Assembly (NCBI GenBank): GCA_038845975.1
Contig: JAWBQF010000042.1
Location: 1 to 17,965 of the forward strand
Length of the DNA: 17,965 bases
Source: Candidatus Methanomethylicia archaeon
Lineage (GTDB): Archaea > Thermoproteota > Methanomethylicia > CALHIW01
Direction: 5' to 3'
Both the position numbers and the translations under genes were made by a program. Position 1 is the first letter of the stretch. The number at the start of each line of letters is the position of its first letter. The notes under the pieces are model-generated. The model did no database searches. It was given only the letters and a program-made list of their open reading frames with translations, and was not told the origin of the DNA. Positions 16,654-17,965 of the stretch are shown piece by piece.

Positions 16654-17699
16654 TAAAGCCTCACCCTAGGATCAAGAACTACATAAAGGATTTCAAGTAT
16701 GAATCTAGCTAAAACATATATGAGTGTAAATATGTATGTTAAAGCAAGTATTAGAGATTCATCAACAGACATTACAGCCTTATAATATAGAGTCCCCATA
16801 CCAGGCCAGTCGAACACGATTTCAGTTAAAATAGCTCCTGCAATAGAGCCTGCAAGACCCAATACAATATTAGTTAGTATTGGTGGAGCAGCAACCCTAA
16901 CAATATATCTTCTCCTAACTAAATCTTCGGGAAGACCCTTAACCCTAGCAACATTTACAAAATCCTCCTGGGCAACTGATAAGACAATACTTCTCGTTAT
17001 GTAAATCCATGAGCCTGATAGGGCTAAAACAAGAGTAATTAGGGGAAGCATTACATGCCAGAGAAGATCTAGAAAACGCATGAATGGATCTTCATGTGGA
17101 GGAGCACTATACATGCCGCCGAAAGGGAAAATTCTTAATTGAAAGGAGAAAAACAATATCATTAACATACCAAGCCACCATGTAGGTAGAGCATAGGAGA
17201 TAGCTGAATATAGTGAAGTAGCTCTATCTATCCTTGTACCATGTTTTAAAGCAACTCTTGGACCAATAAGGAGGCCTAGGATAAAGTTAATGATTAAGGC
17301 TGAAGTCATTAAAAGTATTGTGTTTGGAATTCTTTCAATAATTATGTCTGAAATTTTATTACTACCAGTAAATGTTTGAACCTCTCTTGCAGACCCTAAA
17401 TCTAAAGTTACAATTCTTAAAATCATATTTGGAATTCTAGCATACCAAGGCTTATCTAAACCATAAGCCTTAACTAAATCCTGCCTTATCCTTTCTATAG
17501 CTTTATTAAGCTCTTCAGGATCCCTAATTTGGGTAGTAAGCTTCTGCCTTATACCTCTAAGCTCCTCATTCATTATTGAGTTAAGAATTCTATCTGATAG
17601 TCCTGATGCACCAATTATTAAAACAGTAAATAGTAGAACACTAATAAGTACAATTATTAATGTTAACCCCTTTAAAGCTAAAGTCTTCCCCAACCCCAT
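16653..17699 (-). CDS. dppB: Peptide ABC transporter permease
   Basis: YGLDKPW, DLG, RIPNT, DFVNVARVKGL, TEIVFDWPGMG and LDPRVR. ATG 17699 is preferred because AGGTG at 17706-17710 fits an SD. Confidence 0.92.
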   Translation of the reverse strand: MGLGKTLALKGLTLIIVLISVLLFTVLIIGASGLSDRILNSIMNEELRGIRQKLTTQIRDPEELNKAIERIRQDLVKAYGLDKPWYARIPNMILRIVTLDLGSAREVQTFTGSNKISDIIIERIPNTILLMTSALIINFILGLLIGPRVALKHGTRIDRATSLYSAISYALPTWWLGMLMILFFSFQLRIFPFGGMYSAPPHEDPFMRFLDLLWHVMLPLITLVLALSGSWIYITRSIVLSVAQEDFVNVARVKGLPEDLVRRRYIVRVAAPPILTNIVLGLAGSIAGAILTEIVFDWPGMGTLYYKAVMSVDESLILALTYIFTLIYVLARFILEILYVVLDPRVRL

Positions 17700-17719
17700 A
17701 AAAAACACCTATTATCATT

Positions 17720-17965
17720 GAACTCATCTGAAAACTATTTAAATGTTTCTGAGTAAGGTTTTGTTATGGAGTTTAGGGAGCTTACTGATAGTGAGTGGGA
17801 GCTTATTAGGTCTTTGCTTCCTCCTAGGGCTAGGACTGGTAGGCCTAGGATTAACGATAGGATTATTGTTAACGGAATCCTATATGTTCTTGTTACTGGT
17901 TGCCGTTGGATGGATATACCAATTAAGTATGGCTCATATAAGACTGCTTGGGATAGGTTTAAGCG
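17720..17965 (+). mobile_element. Left part of an IS5-family element (truncated by the window end)
   Basis: Candidate left TIR GAACTCATCTGAAAACT from 17720, 46 nt before an IS5 transposase start. The right end is not visible. Confidence 0.7.
17766..17965 (+). CDS. IS5-family transposase N-terminus (DUF4096-type), partial; absent from the ORF track
   Basis: Translates to MEFRELTDSEWELIRSLLPPRARTGRPRINDRIIVNGILYVLVTGCRWMDIPIKYGSYKTAWDRFK, open to the window end. LTD.EW, GRP, NGILY and TGC.W are IS5 (IS427/IS1031-like) hallmarks. Confidence 0.92.
   Translation, partial: MEFRELTDSEWELIRSLLPPRARTGRPRINDRIIVNGILYVLVTGCRWMDIPIKYGSYKTAWDRFK

Noticed and set aside
17710-17965. Expected dppA 3' end on the minus strand
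   Set aside because: The plus strand clearly encodes an IS5 transposase N-terminus instead.
1-17965. CRISPR arrays, tRNA and rRNA genes
   Set aside because: No regularly spaced repeats or GC-rich structured RNA segments were seen in any intergenic region; checked by eye only.

Overview
AT-rich archaeal window: TATA-type promoters, GGTG/AGGTGA Shine-Dalgarno motifs and archaeal IS6 transposases. The lineage cannot be fixed from the sequence; an anaerobic Thermoproteota/TACK-type organism is an inference. In order: ~1.5 kb of decayed DNA (two IS6 remnants, possibly a corrinoid-protein remnant); a pyrrolysine-free MttB-superfamily methyltransferase; a minus-strand operon of a divergent FwdB-like subunit, an HdrA-MvhD fusion and an 8-motif FwdF-like polyferredoxin; a nitroreductase; a bounded IS6 element (16-bp TIRs, 8-bp TSD) carrying a 109-bp MITE; a divergent FwdD-like gene; hdrCB; a geranylgeranyl-reductase-family flavoprotein; dppBCDF; and the start of an IS5 transposase missed by the ORF track. 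The best candidate for an undescribed system is the Fwd(B,D,F)-HdrA/MvhD-HdrBC cluster. It has no fwdA/C/G, mvhAG or fdhAB in the window. FwdB keeps its metal-ligating Cys but lacks the catalytic His and Arg, and FwdD, HdrA and HdrB each deviate at signature positions. Reference motifs and numbering are recalled from the literature and aligned by eye, not computed.
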